The notes under the pieces are model-generated. The model made no database searches. It was not told the DNA's origin and saw nothing but the letters and a program-made list of their open reading frames with translations. From the IMG/VR virus record IMGVR_UViG_3300038527_000002: DNA of 41,345 nucleotides; one strand, written 5' to 3'. Source of the stretch: a virus. The first letter of the stretch is position 1, and every line of letters starts with the position of its first letter. Below, piece after piece: positions 1 through 7,608 of the stretch. The position numbers and the translations under genes are program-made.

Positions 1-107
1 AATGTTTCTGAGATATCAGGGAATACAGGAGTTTTTTCTGATGTTCAGACAAACGACGTTGATTGCCCGATAAAAAATAACACTTCAATAATATTATCAG
101 AATGCAG
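1..107. repeat. Terminal overlap: bases 1-107 are identical to 41239-41345 (closure of a circular or circularly permuted 41,238-bp genome)
   Basis: Read directly: the window begins and ends with the same 107 nt (aatgtttctgagatatcagg...ttatcagaatgcag). An ORF reads through the junction in frame. Confidence 0.9.
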
Positions 108-1809
108 GCTGATCGCTGGTAGTGTTGGGCCGCATCTTGGGATACAGAATTGCGAAGATATTTCAATATCTTCTGCTGAGATATGGGGTGGAATAACAAG
201 TTGTAGATATTGCGACTTTTACAATTTTAAAATTGAGAGCGCAACAGCATATATTACGCTTTGCGATTATCTTGATATTGACAATAGCTATCTTCGTGGC
301 ATATCGTGGATTAGTAAGGTATCAGGAACAGGGTATAATGAATTAGCTTCTTCAATCTCGGGCTGTACTATTGACGGGGAGTTGGAAGAATTAGGAGCTG
401 GTTATGGTTCGGGAACGAAATTCACCCTCACAGATTGCGTTATAGGAAAATCTGGTGACATAAAGCGAAGCAATGGATATGTTAGGGAAACACGCTTAGA
501 CGGAAATATTAAAGATGTTGCTGTGCTTGCTGTGGATAATTCTATTATTGAAACTCAGTCTAATTTTGATGATTATACATCATTAACGATTACTGATTCC
601 TATATTGGTGCTTCCGTTAATGCAAATCAGCAAGAATCAACCCCCGAAGTTGGGAGTATAATAAGAAGTCACATACACGCAAAAACTGTTCTCCCAGACA
701 CGTTCACAATTACTGATTCGGAGATTAGCGGTACATTTGACGGAGCAACAGCACTACGGAGTGTTATACTTTCGTCTTCTGTTGTGCTTGATTCGAATAT
801 AACTGATTCGATAATTCACAATTCTACTGTAAATGGAACAATTAATGGCTGTGTTATACAGGATTCAACGGTTAGTGGTACGATTACCGATTCACGAATA
901 TTTAATAGTACATCAAGAGGTGTGATTACAAATAGTGAGATACATTCCAGCATTTCGGGAACGATAACTAATTCTATCGTTGAAGCTGGGGCAACAATTT
1001 ATGCAATATCCTTAGACTGCTTAATTATATCAAATAGCCGTATAGGCTCAAGGGCGTACATCTTCAAAGACGACTACGGGACATTAACGATCACGGATTG
1101 CGATTTTAATGGCAAATATGAATGTAACGCAACTTCGGAAAATAACGAATCGCTAACACGATGCAAGGTTGAGTATGGAGCAACTATTCTTGATACTTTA
1201 AATCTTACGCTTGAGGATTGCAAATTACTTTACGGGGCAAAACTTTCTTTGACGGAGTTTTACACTTACAAGCTTTATAATACGATAATTGATTACGATG
1301 CCACAAGACCAGTTTTGTATGATCTTTCAGGGGATACCACTTTAGGGAAAGTTGGTGCTTGTGCTTACATTACTGGCTCAATAGAGATCGAAGATGCAGC
1401 TACTGTTGGCGGGGATGGGTATAATATTGTCGCCTGGGGAACATCACTGACAGCAACAACAGTAAAAGAAAACGGTGTATCAATATCAATAAACAGCGAG
1501 GGCAATTGGATTGAGATTATTGTTGATAGCCCGGGGTGGTATAATATTCATTATCTTGCTTCGGCAAAATCTAACACAGCAACCGATGTTGAAACGGCAG
1601 CTTTCTTTTCTTCTACTATGCAGCCGCAAGCAAATAATATTAAGTCTTATATTATTCAGGATGCATCAACTGCGAGATATGTCAATTCAAGCCTTGACGG
1701 AAAGATTTATTTTGAAGATTCAACGCCGCTAAAATTCCTATACAAATCGGCTGTTGATGTGCAACTGACAATATATAAAATAACAATAAACGTAGAAAAA
1801 GAATTATGA
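1..1809 (+). CDS. Tail fibre / receptor-binding protein, C-terminal part (continuation of 39676..41345), beta-helix-like repeats
   Basis: Frame 1 is open from base 1, so the track start at 382 is an internal TTG. Degenerate repeats (TITDSEISGT, NITDSIIHNSTVNGTINGCVIQDSTVSGTITDSRIFNST...) resemble parallel beta-helix tailspikes/fibres. Position is in the tail module. Confidence 0.75.
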   Translation, partial: NVSEISGNTGVFSDVQTNDVDCPIKNNTSIILSECRLIAGSVGPHLGIQNCEDISISSAEIWGGITSCRYCDFYNFKIESATAYITLCDYLDIDNSYLRGISWISKVSGTGYNELASSISGCTIDGELEELGAGYGSGTKFTLTDCVIGKSGDIKRSNGYVRETRLDGNIKDVAVLAVDNSIIETQSNFDDYTSLTITDSYIGASVNANQQESTPEVGSIIRSHIHAKTVLPDTFTITDSEISGTFDGATALRSVILSSSVVLDSNITDSIIHNSTVNGTINGCVIQDSTVSGTITDSRIFNSTSRGVITNSEIHSSISGTITNSIVEAGATIYAISLDCLIISNSRIGSRAYIFKDDYGTLTITDCDFNGKYECNATSENNESLTRCKVEYGATILDTLNLTLEDCKLLYGAKLSLTEFYTYKLYNTIIDYDATRPVLYDLSGDTTLGKVGACAYITGSIEIEDAATVGGDGYNIVAWGTSLTATTVKENGVSISINSEGNWIEIIVDSPGWYNIHYLASAKSNTATDVETAAFFSSTMQPQANNIKSYIIQDASTARYVNSSLDGKIYFEDSTPLKFLYKSAVDVQLTIYKITINVEKEL

Positions 1810-3074
1810 GCGATTACAGTTTACCAAGAATTAAAGAGAGCGAACTGCCCGAAGCTACGAGCATAGACAAAGTACGTGTTCTTGACAATGCAGGAAAGAG
1901 CGTTTGGGTAGAGAAAGAAGACCTACCGATCACAGAAGCACAGGTAACGGGGCTTACCGCTGCTTTGGCTCTCAAGGCAGATGCGAATATACAGATTGCG
2001 GCTGGGGCTGGTCTTACTGGCGGTGGCGACCTTTCAGAGAACAGAACGATAGACGTTGTTTCTGCTGATGATGGTATCACGGTCAACTCCGACAACATTA
2101 AGTTGAATATCGTTAATGACTTAGTTACCAACTCTGCCACACGACCGCTGAGTGCTGCTCAGGGCAAGAAGCTGCAAGACGAAAAAGAGTCTCTCTCGAA
2201 TAAGTCAACAGATATTGTAGCTGATGCAGCAAGCACAACGAAATATCCGTCTGTTAAGTTAATTAAAGATTATGCCGATTCTCTCGTTGTAGGTTTATTA
2301 GACTATCGTGGAGGATACGATGCTTCCGTTAATGCCTATCCTTCCTCTGGTGGCTCAGGGACAGGCGGGGCTATCCTAAAGGGCGATATGTGGGTTGTTT
2401 CCGTAGCGGGTACGATTGACGGTCACGCCATACACGCAGGGGATTCTCTGATCGCCAATGAAGATACACCCGGGCAGACAACGGCTAAATGGAACACCGT
2501 ACAATCAAACCTCAGCTATGTTCCCGAAGACGTGGCTAACAAGAGCACCAACGTAACAAGTGATGCCGCTTCGGACACAAAATATCCTTCCGTTAAAGCC
2601 ACAAAGACCTATGCCGATACAAAGGTAAGCCTGACGGGGGACGAAACGATTACAGGCGTTAAGACCTTTGGCGATAGTCCTGTTGTTCCTACACCTTCGG
2701 GTAATACTGATGCGGCAAATAAAGCGTATGTTGATTCAGCTGTTGTAACCACTGATAACGTCAGTCAGGACATAGAAACCGACACGGGTTCAACGACAAA
2801 AGTACCCTCTGTTGTAGCCACCGAGGCATACGTTACCCCCGTGCGTTACGACAACGAAGCGATAGACTTAGACAACTTGGGCGATGTGCGTTTGCGAAGC
2901 ATTGACGTTGATAATTTACCCAAGATTTGCGGATTTGATATGTTCGTTATAAGCACCACAGCACCCAGTGTTGCACCCGATTTCATCCCGCAGATATGGG
3001 TTGATACAACGGCAAAAAAAGCCTACATTGCTGTTGGCGTTTCGACTTCGGCTGATTTTATTGCATTAAACTAA
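1806..3074 (+). CDS. Tail fibre protein with repeated KYPSVK-type motifs
   Basis: ATGA overlap with the upstream fibre gene. Internal repeats NKSTDIVADAASTTKYPSVKLIKDYAD / NKSTNVTSDAASDTKYPSVKATKTYAD / TGSTTKVPSVVATEAYV are typical of phage fibre shafts. Confidence 0.7.
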   Translation: MSDYSLPRIKESELPEATSIDKVRVLDNAGKSVWVEKEDLPITEAQVTGLTAALALKADANIQIAAGAGLTGGGDLSENRTIDVVSADDGITVNSDNIKLNIVNDLVTNSATRPLSAAQGKKLQDEKESLSNKSTDIVADAASTTKYPSVKLIKDYADSLVVGLLDYRGGYDASVNAYPSSGGSGTGGAILKGDMWVVSVAGTIDGHAIHAGDSLIANEDTPGQTTAKWNTVQSNLSYVPEDVANKSTNVTSDAASDTKYPSVKATKTYADTKVSLTGDETITGVKTFGDSPVVPTPSGNTDAANKAYVDSAVVTTDNVSQDIETDTGSTTKVPSVVATEAYVTPVRYDNEAIDLDNLGDVRLRSIDVDNLPKICGFDMFVISTTAPSVAPDFIPQIWVDTTAKKAYIAVGVSTSADFIALN

Positions 3075-3080
3075 AAAGAT

Positions 3081-4244
3081 ATGAATAATTTAATTAAGCA
3101 ACGCCCCGAAGTAGGGGATATAATGATTATCGTTGACGGCAAGCGTAGGTTTGTCAGAGGAAGCGAATGTACTAAGGAGTTTATTGACACTCAGGATGCC
3201 GTCGGAGTGGTATTCTTCGTTCAGGGCAACAGGTTTTGGATTGTTGGAGGAGTGAATAACCAAACGAAGAAATTTTCTGCTGTTGCCGATTATGAGATAA
3301 CGGCAATCCCTTCGGCAACCGGAGATTATGCTGTTGTTCTTAACGGCGTGGCGCAAGGTGATTTTACCTACACAAAGAGCGATGGCACACTTTCGGAATT
3401 TGTCACCCAGCTTGACGCTTGGTTAAAATCCAGACCAGCTGGCTCGAAAGCCTTGAAGTGGGAAGCGTATATGAACTCAGAGAAAGCCTATCTTCAAATG
3501 TCAACGTACAATGAATATGAAAACACGGTAACAATAGCGGGCACTTCGCTTACTAAGCTAATAGCTACAGAGCTGCCCGCGTTCTCTTCGAACAGGAATC
3601 AGATAAAACAAAGAACAACATACGTTGGGATGTGCCGAAAAAGAGTTGAGGATTTTACGAAAAATGAAACAGGAGGGAATTATAACCCCACAACAGTTAT
3701 GGATGGGGTCACAAAGCTATATGAAACTTATCCTTGTTCAGAGATATATTACAACGGAGAAAATGGAACTGGATTGAGAGCGAATTTTTCTACCTATTCA
3801 GCATACATTGACGCCTGTATGCTGTTGGACAGAGAACTCGATTACGGGGCTGCGCAATATAGAGATGGGCGGTATTATACAAGCCTATTAAATAAACAAG
3901 TATTGATTAACGGAACACCAACGCCCGCCTACTCTGCTGTTGATTATTGTGCAAATTATGACTCAGGAGTATCTGGATACGGCGCAGGAACTTTCTGGAT
4001 GCCTTCAGTATACGAGGGAGCGCAGCTTATGAGAAATATCGGCGGTACTAACGACTTGGTGAATACAGCTCTTGGTAAAAAGACAGGATGGGGCTCGATA
4101 AGTAGCACCTCGAATAGGTGGTTGTGCGGTAGGTACTCTTCCACCCTCGCTTGGAACTACTACAGCCTCGGAGTCCTCATCAGCTACCGCTTTTACTACT
4201 CGAGCTATGTGTCGGCTGTCTCCGCTTTCAATATTAATGATTAA
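3081..4244 (+). CDS. DGR target (variable) protein, C-terminal C-type-lectin/DUF1566-like domain carrying the VR; likely receptor-binding tail protein
   Basis: 387 aa. The C-terminus ...AVDYCANYDSGVSGYGAGTFWMPSVYEGAQLMRN...SNRWLCGRYSSTLAWNYYSLGVLISYRFYYSSYVSAVSAF contains the VR. The gene sits directly after two fibre genes. Confidence 0.85.
   Translation: MNNLIKQRPEVGDIMIIVDGKRRFVRGSECTKEFIDTQDAVGVVFFVQGNRFWIVGGVNNQTKKFSAVADYEITAIPSATGDYAVVLNGVAQGDFTYTKSDGTLSEFVTQLDAWLKSRPAGSKALKWEAYMNSEKAYLQMSTYNEYENTVTIAGTSLTKLIATELPAFSSNRNQIKQRTTYVGMCRKRVEDFTKNETGGNYNPTTVMDGVTKLYETYPCSEIYYNGENGTGLRANFSTYSAYIDACMLLDRELDYGAAQYRDGRYYTSLLNKQVLINGTPTPAYSAVDYCANYDSGVSGYGAGTFWMPSVYEGAQLMRNIGGTNDLVNTALGKKTGWGSISSTSNRWLCGRYSSTLAWNYYSLGVLISYRFYYSSYVSAVSAFNIND
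4108..4230 (+). repeat. DGR variable region (VR)
   Basis: Aligns to 4738-4860 at offset 630. There are 15 mismatches, every one opposite a TR adenine. The first non-A mismatch is at 4227. Confidence 0.9.
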
Positions 4245-4252
4245 CGATTAAA

Positions 4253-4663
4253 ATGGCGAGCGGTTTGATCCGCTCGCAACTCTCTATGGCATCAAAAATA
4301 AATAAAACAAGCATCTATGTTGACGTGCAGGAGTTATTCATAACACTCTATGATGCACAATTTGAAATGCCAAAACGGGATAGGCCTATAATTGTTAATC
4401 GGGCACTTGGTCATTGCGAAATGGTGGCCGCATATTTTGCTTTATCGTATCGCACGGACGATAAAATAAAATACACAAAGCTGCTTTTTGCAGAATTTGA
4501 GGCTTTGAAAATGAACACACGTTCTATCTTACGCCCCGATAGACCAATGATACAAAACGAAAGCACGTGTAATAAAATACGTAATTATATAGCGAGAATT
4601 GATGAAAGTATAGTTAAGTGGTATAAATCGTTAGAGTTGAAACGGCAAGAAGAATGCCCTTGA
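4253..4663 (+). CDS. avd: DGR accessory variability determinant (Avd-like, small helical basic protein)
   Basis: 136 aa, located between the target gene and TR, which is the position Avd occupies in BPP-1-type DGRs. Predicted helical and Lys/Arg-rich. The assignment rests on position and size, not on a motif match. Confidence 0.7.
   Translation: MASGLIRSQLSMASKINKTSIYVDVQELFITLYDAQFEMPKRDRPIIVNRALGHCEMVAAYFALSYRTDDKIKYTKLLFAEFEALKMNTRSILRPDRPMIQNESTCNKIRNYIARIDESIVKWYKSLELKRQEECP
4256..4277 (+). promoter_or_regulatory. GC-rich hairpin ~26 nt downstream of the VR (candidate DGR target-recognition hairpin/cruciform)
   Basis: GCGAGCGG-TTTGAT-CCGCTCGC is a perfect 8-bp stem with a 6-nt loop. 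It starts 3 nt after the avd ATG. Confidence 0.6.
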
Positions 4664-4672
4664 TGGCATTCT
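4651..4672 (+). promoter_or_regulatory. Hairpin at the avd 3' end, upstream of TR
   Basis: AGAATGCC-CTTGAT-GGCATTCT is an 8-bp stem. The avd stop codon TGA (4661-4663) lies in the loop. Confidence 0.5.
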
Positions 4673-4737
4673 CAGTCCAGAGATAATGAAAGGAGCGAAG
4701 GCTCTCATTTAGAGCTATGTTTGCACTTCGCCTCAAG

Positions 4738-4860
4738 CCTCGAATAGGTGGTTGTGCGGTAGGTACTCTTCCAACAACGCTTGGAACTACAACAGCAACG
4801 GAGTCCTCAACAACAACAACTTTTACAACTCGAACTATGTGTCGGCTGTCTCCGAACTCA
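4738..4860 (+). repeat. DGR template repeat (TR), A/AAC-rich
   Basis: Cognate of the VR. It carries 11 in-frame AAC codons (..SSNNAWNYNSNGVLNNNNFYNSNYVSAVSE..). It is non-coding by DGR precedent, although it is in frame with the RT ORF. Confidence 0.9.
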
Positions 4861-4874
4861 TTATAATAAGGAAT

Positions 4875-6056
4875 ATGGTTAAAGAAGAAGATATGTACAC
4901 TGTTTATTTCCTCGCACGCAAAAATAAAAGGCGTAGCGAAGATGCTGTGATATTCGAGCTCGACTATGAGTGTAGAATAAAAAATCTCGTCTCTGCCATA
5001 AACGAAAAAACCTACCGATCTAATGCCAACTATACTTTCATAGCTCGCAGACCAAAGCCAAGAGAAGTTTTTGCCTGCGAACTCGAATCAAGGCTAATAC
5101 AGTGGTATATTATTTGGAGGATAAACCCTATATTAGAAACTATCCTAACCTCTCGAACATTCAACAATAGGGTTGGAATGGGTGTTGACTCAGCTATTGC
5201 TCAGATACAAAAAGACATTAAAGATGTGAGCCAAGATTTCACCATTGATGCATATTACATCCAATGGGATTTGTCAGGATATTTCCCAAATGCCATCTGT
5301 GAGATAGCCAGAGAACAACTGCAAAACGTATGTGAAAAGAACTATACAGGAGATGATAAAGAGGATATAATGTGGATGATATCTATCGCCTGCAACGCCT
5401 TGCCAGCAAGACATTGCTACCGAAAATCACCACCCGAGATGTGGAGCGAAATAGAACAAGGGAAAAGCCTGTTTGAAAAAGATGACGGCACAGGTGGGGC
5501 AATAGGGTTTCTTATATGGCAGGTGGCTATGAACCTTTATCTAAACGATGTGGATAAATGGGCTATCGAAGATATGGGGCTGCATTATGTGCGCTTCGTA
5601 GATGATGCCATCATTGTGGTAAATAATAAAGAGGCAGCCCTTTTATTGTTGCCATTATTTAGGGAGAAATATAGAGATGTAGGAGCACAAATGCATAAAA
5701 AGAAGTTTGTATGCCAACACATATCAAAAGGCGTGCGTGTTCTTGGTTCTATAATAAAATTTAACCGCTTGTATATAAATAACAGAACTATAAGAAACGC
5801 AGAAAAAAGAATAAAACAATTTAATAAGTGTCATAATAAAAAGAATAATATGCTGAATTTCCAGGCCACAATAAATTCATATTTTGGTTTACTAAAAAAC
5901 AGAACTGAATTTAATAACATAGTAAAACTATACAATATGATCGACAAAAGATGGTGGCGTTTTTTTACGATGGACTGGGAAAGGATGTGTATAATAGCAA
6001 ATGATGAGTATAAGTATAATCAAATAATAAAACAAAACTACTATGAAAGAAATTAA
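4875..6056 (+). CDS. DGR reverse transcriptase
   Basis: RT motifs: IQWDLSGYFPNA (motif A Asp), AIGFLIWQVAMNLYLNDVD (the region matching the DGR-type [I/L]GxxxSQ motif) and YVRFVDDAIIV (YxDD-type box). The first ATG after TR is 4875; the track start at 4752 is a TTG inside TR. Confidence 0.9.
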   Translation: MVKEEDMYTVYFLARKNKRRSEDAVIFELDYECRIKNLVSAINEKTYRSNANYTFIARRPKPREVFACELESRLIQWYIIWRINPILETILTSRTFNNRVGMGVDSAIAQIQKDIKDVSQDFTIDAYYIQWDLSGYFPNAICEIAREQLQNVCEKNYTGDDKEDIMWMISIACNALPARHCYRKSPPEMWSEIEQGKSLFEKDDGTGGAIGFLIWQVAMNLYLNDVDKWAIEDMGLHYVRFVDDAIIVVNNKEAALLLLPLFREKYRDVGAQMHKKKFVCQHISKGVRVLGSIIKFNRLYINNRTIRNAEKRIKQFNKCHNKKNNMLNFQATINSYFGLLKNRTEFNNIVKLYNMIDKRWWRFFTMDWERMCIIANDEYKYNQIIKQNYYERN

Positions 6057-6267
6057 CGAACAATGTGTTATCATACACAACGAAAAGGCTTTATTGCGTG
6101 ATACGGATTATGTAGTCATTCGGGCGGCAGAAAGGGGCGAAGCCATAGACGAGGCTACAAAAGAACGCAGGGAAGAAGCAAGACGAAGAATAAATGCTGC
6201 TGAGGCTGTTATTCGAGAGTTGGAAGAAGCTAAAGAATTGCAAGAAGCTAAAGAACTGGAATTATAA
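6043..6267 (+). CDS. Hypothetical protein with a coiled-coil tail; motif faintly resembles tail-fibre-assembly/DUF4376 C-termini
   Basis: 74 aa with ..LLRDTDYVVIRAAERGEAIDEATKERREEARRRIN... An 18-nt tandem repeat gaagctaaagaa(t/c)tg(c/g)aa x2 lies around 6224-6260. Confidence 0.5.
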   Translation: MKEINEQCVIIHNEKALLRDTDYVVIRAAERGEAIDEATKERREEARRRINAAEAVIRELEEAKELQEAKELEL

Positions 6268-6268
6268 A

Positions 6269-6535
6269 ATGGAAAAGAAGCGTGACATACCCGCTTGGGT
6301 AGCAATAACAGTAACCGTGTTCCTGAGTATTACGGCAGCCATAGCCGCATACTCTGCACGTATGTACAAAGTGGAAAGGGATGTTGATGTTCACGAAGTA
6401 CGCATTCAGCGTATGGAGGAAACCCAGATTAAGCAAGAAACGATAAACACGGAGGTAATTAATATGCTTCACGAGATCAGGGAATCAACAATCCGCATTG
6501 AGGGAGAGCTGAAACTAAAGAAAGATAAAGAATGA
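6269..6535 (+). CDS. Membrane protein (N-terminal TM helix plus coiled coil), lysis-cassette associated (holin/antiholin or spanin-like)
   Basis: ATG at 6269 follows the upstream stop. The TM segment is IPAWVAITVTVFLSITAAIAAYSA and the C-terminal half is charged and helical. ATGA overlap with the endolysin gene. Confidence 0.55.
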   Translation: MEKKRDIPAWVAITVTVFLSITAAIAAYSARMYKVERDVDVHEVRIQRMEETQIKQETINTEVINMLHEIRESTIRIEGELKLKKDKE

Positions 6536-6966
6536 GGCTGACGGATAACTTTACCACGCAGGAAGTAACACGCTCTGAAACGGCTCAGCGTCTTGGGATA
6601 GACAACAGTCTATCAATTGAAATGCTCGATAATGCCTATTGCTTCGCTAAGGCTGTTCTTCAACCATTGAGGGAGAAGATAGGACTACCGTTCCTTATTT
6701 CTTCGTGGTACAGGTGCAAGGCTCTTAACGAAGCGGTAGGAGGTACACATAATTCGGCTCATTTAAAGGCTCAGGCCGTTGATTTTGTTATTGGTGGACT
6801 ATCAGCACGTCAGACGTATGAAATCGTCTTAGAAACGCTTAAAACGCTTCATATCCCTTTTGACCAGCTCATATTTGAATCATTTACAAAAGACGGGCAT
6901 ACAACAGAGTGGGTTCATCTGAGCTGGGAGAGAGAGGGGAACAGATTTGAAAATTTCGAGCTATGA
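6532..6966 (+). CDS. Endolysin, peptidase M15 (VanY/L-Ala-D-Glu peptidase-like zinc peptidase)
   Basis: H-x6-D zinc motif (SAHLKAQAVDF) plus a distal His (EWVHLS). 144 aa, flanked by membrane proteins. Confidence 0.85.
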   Translation: MRLTDNFTTQEVTRSETAQRLGIDNSLSIEMLDNAYCFAKAVLQPLREKIGLPFLISSWYRCKALNEAVGGTHNSAHLKAQAVDFVIGGLSARQTYEIVLETLKTLHIPFDQLIFESFTKDGHTTEWVHLSWEREGNRFENFEL

Positions 6967-7220
6967 AAAATAAAGAGATATTCCAATACGTTCTCGGTGG
7001 CTTGATTGTCGCTGGGTTCTTTGCGTTACTAATCCTGCTTGTGCTTTCGGCTGTGCCAACGGAGAATAAAGACCTGCTAAACCTTGTAGTTGGAACTTTG
7101 ATAGGCTCTTTCTCGAGTATAGTTTCTTACTTCTTCGGGTCAAGTCTTGGTTCGAGCAAAAAAGACCAACTACTGAATGAAAAAATTACTAATACTTCTA
7201 ATCCTGCTAACAGGGTGTAA
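6963..7220 (+). CDS. Holin (two predicted TM helices)
   Basis: 85 aa with segments LGGLIVAGFFALLILLVLSAV and LVVGTLIGSFSSIVSYFFG and a charged C-terminus. ATGA overlap with the endolysin gene. Confidence 0.65.
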   Translation: MKNKEIFQYVLGGLIVAGFFALLILLVLSAVPTENKDLLNLVVGTLIGSFSSIVSYFFGSSLGSSKKDQLLNEKITNTSNPANRV

Positions 7221-7608
7221 GACGAAATATGTACCTATTGAAACCATTAAGGTACAAAAAGAGATAATAAGGGACACGGTGGTACAGGTCGAGCTTGTGC
7301 CTTATCGTGACACTGTTTCCATATTGGACACGGTTTCTCACTTAGAGAATAAATACGCTTATTCGGATGCCGAATTTTCTTTGGGTCGGTTGAATCATTC
7401 CCTTGCGATCAAAGAGGTGAAAATACCAACAAAGATTCAATACATCGAGCATACGAGGGTCGATTCCATTCCCTATAAAGTGGAAGTAATAAAAGAGGTA
7501 AACAAGCTAACCCGTTGGCAGACGTTTCGGCTTAATGCTTTCACGTTCCTTGTCATTGGGTTAGCAATTTACCTCTTAATTTTACTCAGAAAGCTGATTA
7601 AATTCTAA
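7177..7608 (+). CDS. Unimolecular spanin candidate (outer-membrane lipoprotein signal plus C-terminal TM anchor)
   Basis: MKKLLILLILLTGC lipobox at the N-terminus and FTFLVIGLAIYLLILL TM at the C-terminus. This is the phage T1 gp11-type u-spanin architecture. It is the last gene of the lysis cassette. Confidence 0.6.
   Translation: MKKLLILLILLTGCKTKYVPIETIKVQKEIIRDTVVQVELVPYRDTVSILDTVSHLENKYAYSDAEFSLGRLNHSLAIKEVKIPTKIQYIEHTRVDSIPYKVEVIKEVNKLTRWQTFRLNAFTFLVIGLAIYLLILLRKLIKF

Larger units (their letters stand above)
3081..6056 (+). mobile_element. Diversity-generating retroelement (DGR) cassette: target gene with VR, avd, TR, reverse transcriptase
   Basis: Canonical order target-avd-TR-RT. 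A 120-nt TR/VR repeat pair differs only at TR adenines (see findings). Confidence 0.92.

Noticed and set aside
1-107. 107-bp direct terminal repeat as a biological DTR/LTR or mobile-element end
   Set aside because: It lies inside a continuous ORF that reads seamlessly across the junction. This is what an assembler produces for a circular or permuted genome. Physical ends cannot be excluded without read-end data.
1814-2140. Antisense or alternative-frame ORFs inside long genes (e.g. 1814-2140 -, 3090-3356 -, 15218-15520 +, 17262-17669 +, 28585-28971 -, 31706-32272 -, 35510-35782 -)
   Set aside because: Each lies wholly within a longer, functionally recognisable ORF on the strand that matches the local transcription arm. 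Their products are low-complexity or Ser/Leu/Cys/Phe-rich, as is typical of shadow frames.
4752-4874. N-terminal 41 codons of the 434-aa ORF in the track (MCGRYSSNNAWNYNSNGVLNNNNFYNS...)
   Set aside because: This segment is the DGR template repeat read in frame from an internal TTG. By DGR precedent TR is an RNA template and not part of the RT. The first ATG with RT-like sequence after it is at 4875.
6194-6268. Upstream extension of ORF 6194..6535 (MLLRLLFESWKKLKNCKKLKNWNYK)
   Set aside because: It overlaps the 3' end of ORF 6043..6267 in another frame and reads through that gene's tandem 18-nt repeat. The ATG at 6269, immediately after the upstream stop, gives a sensible TM protein.
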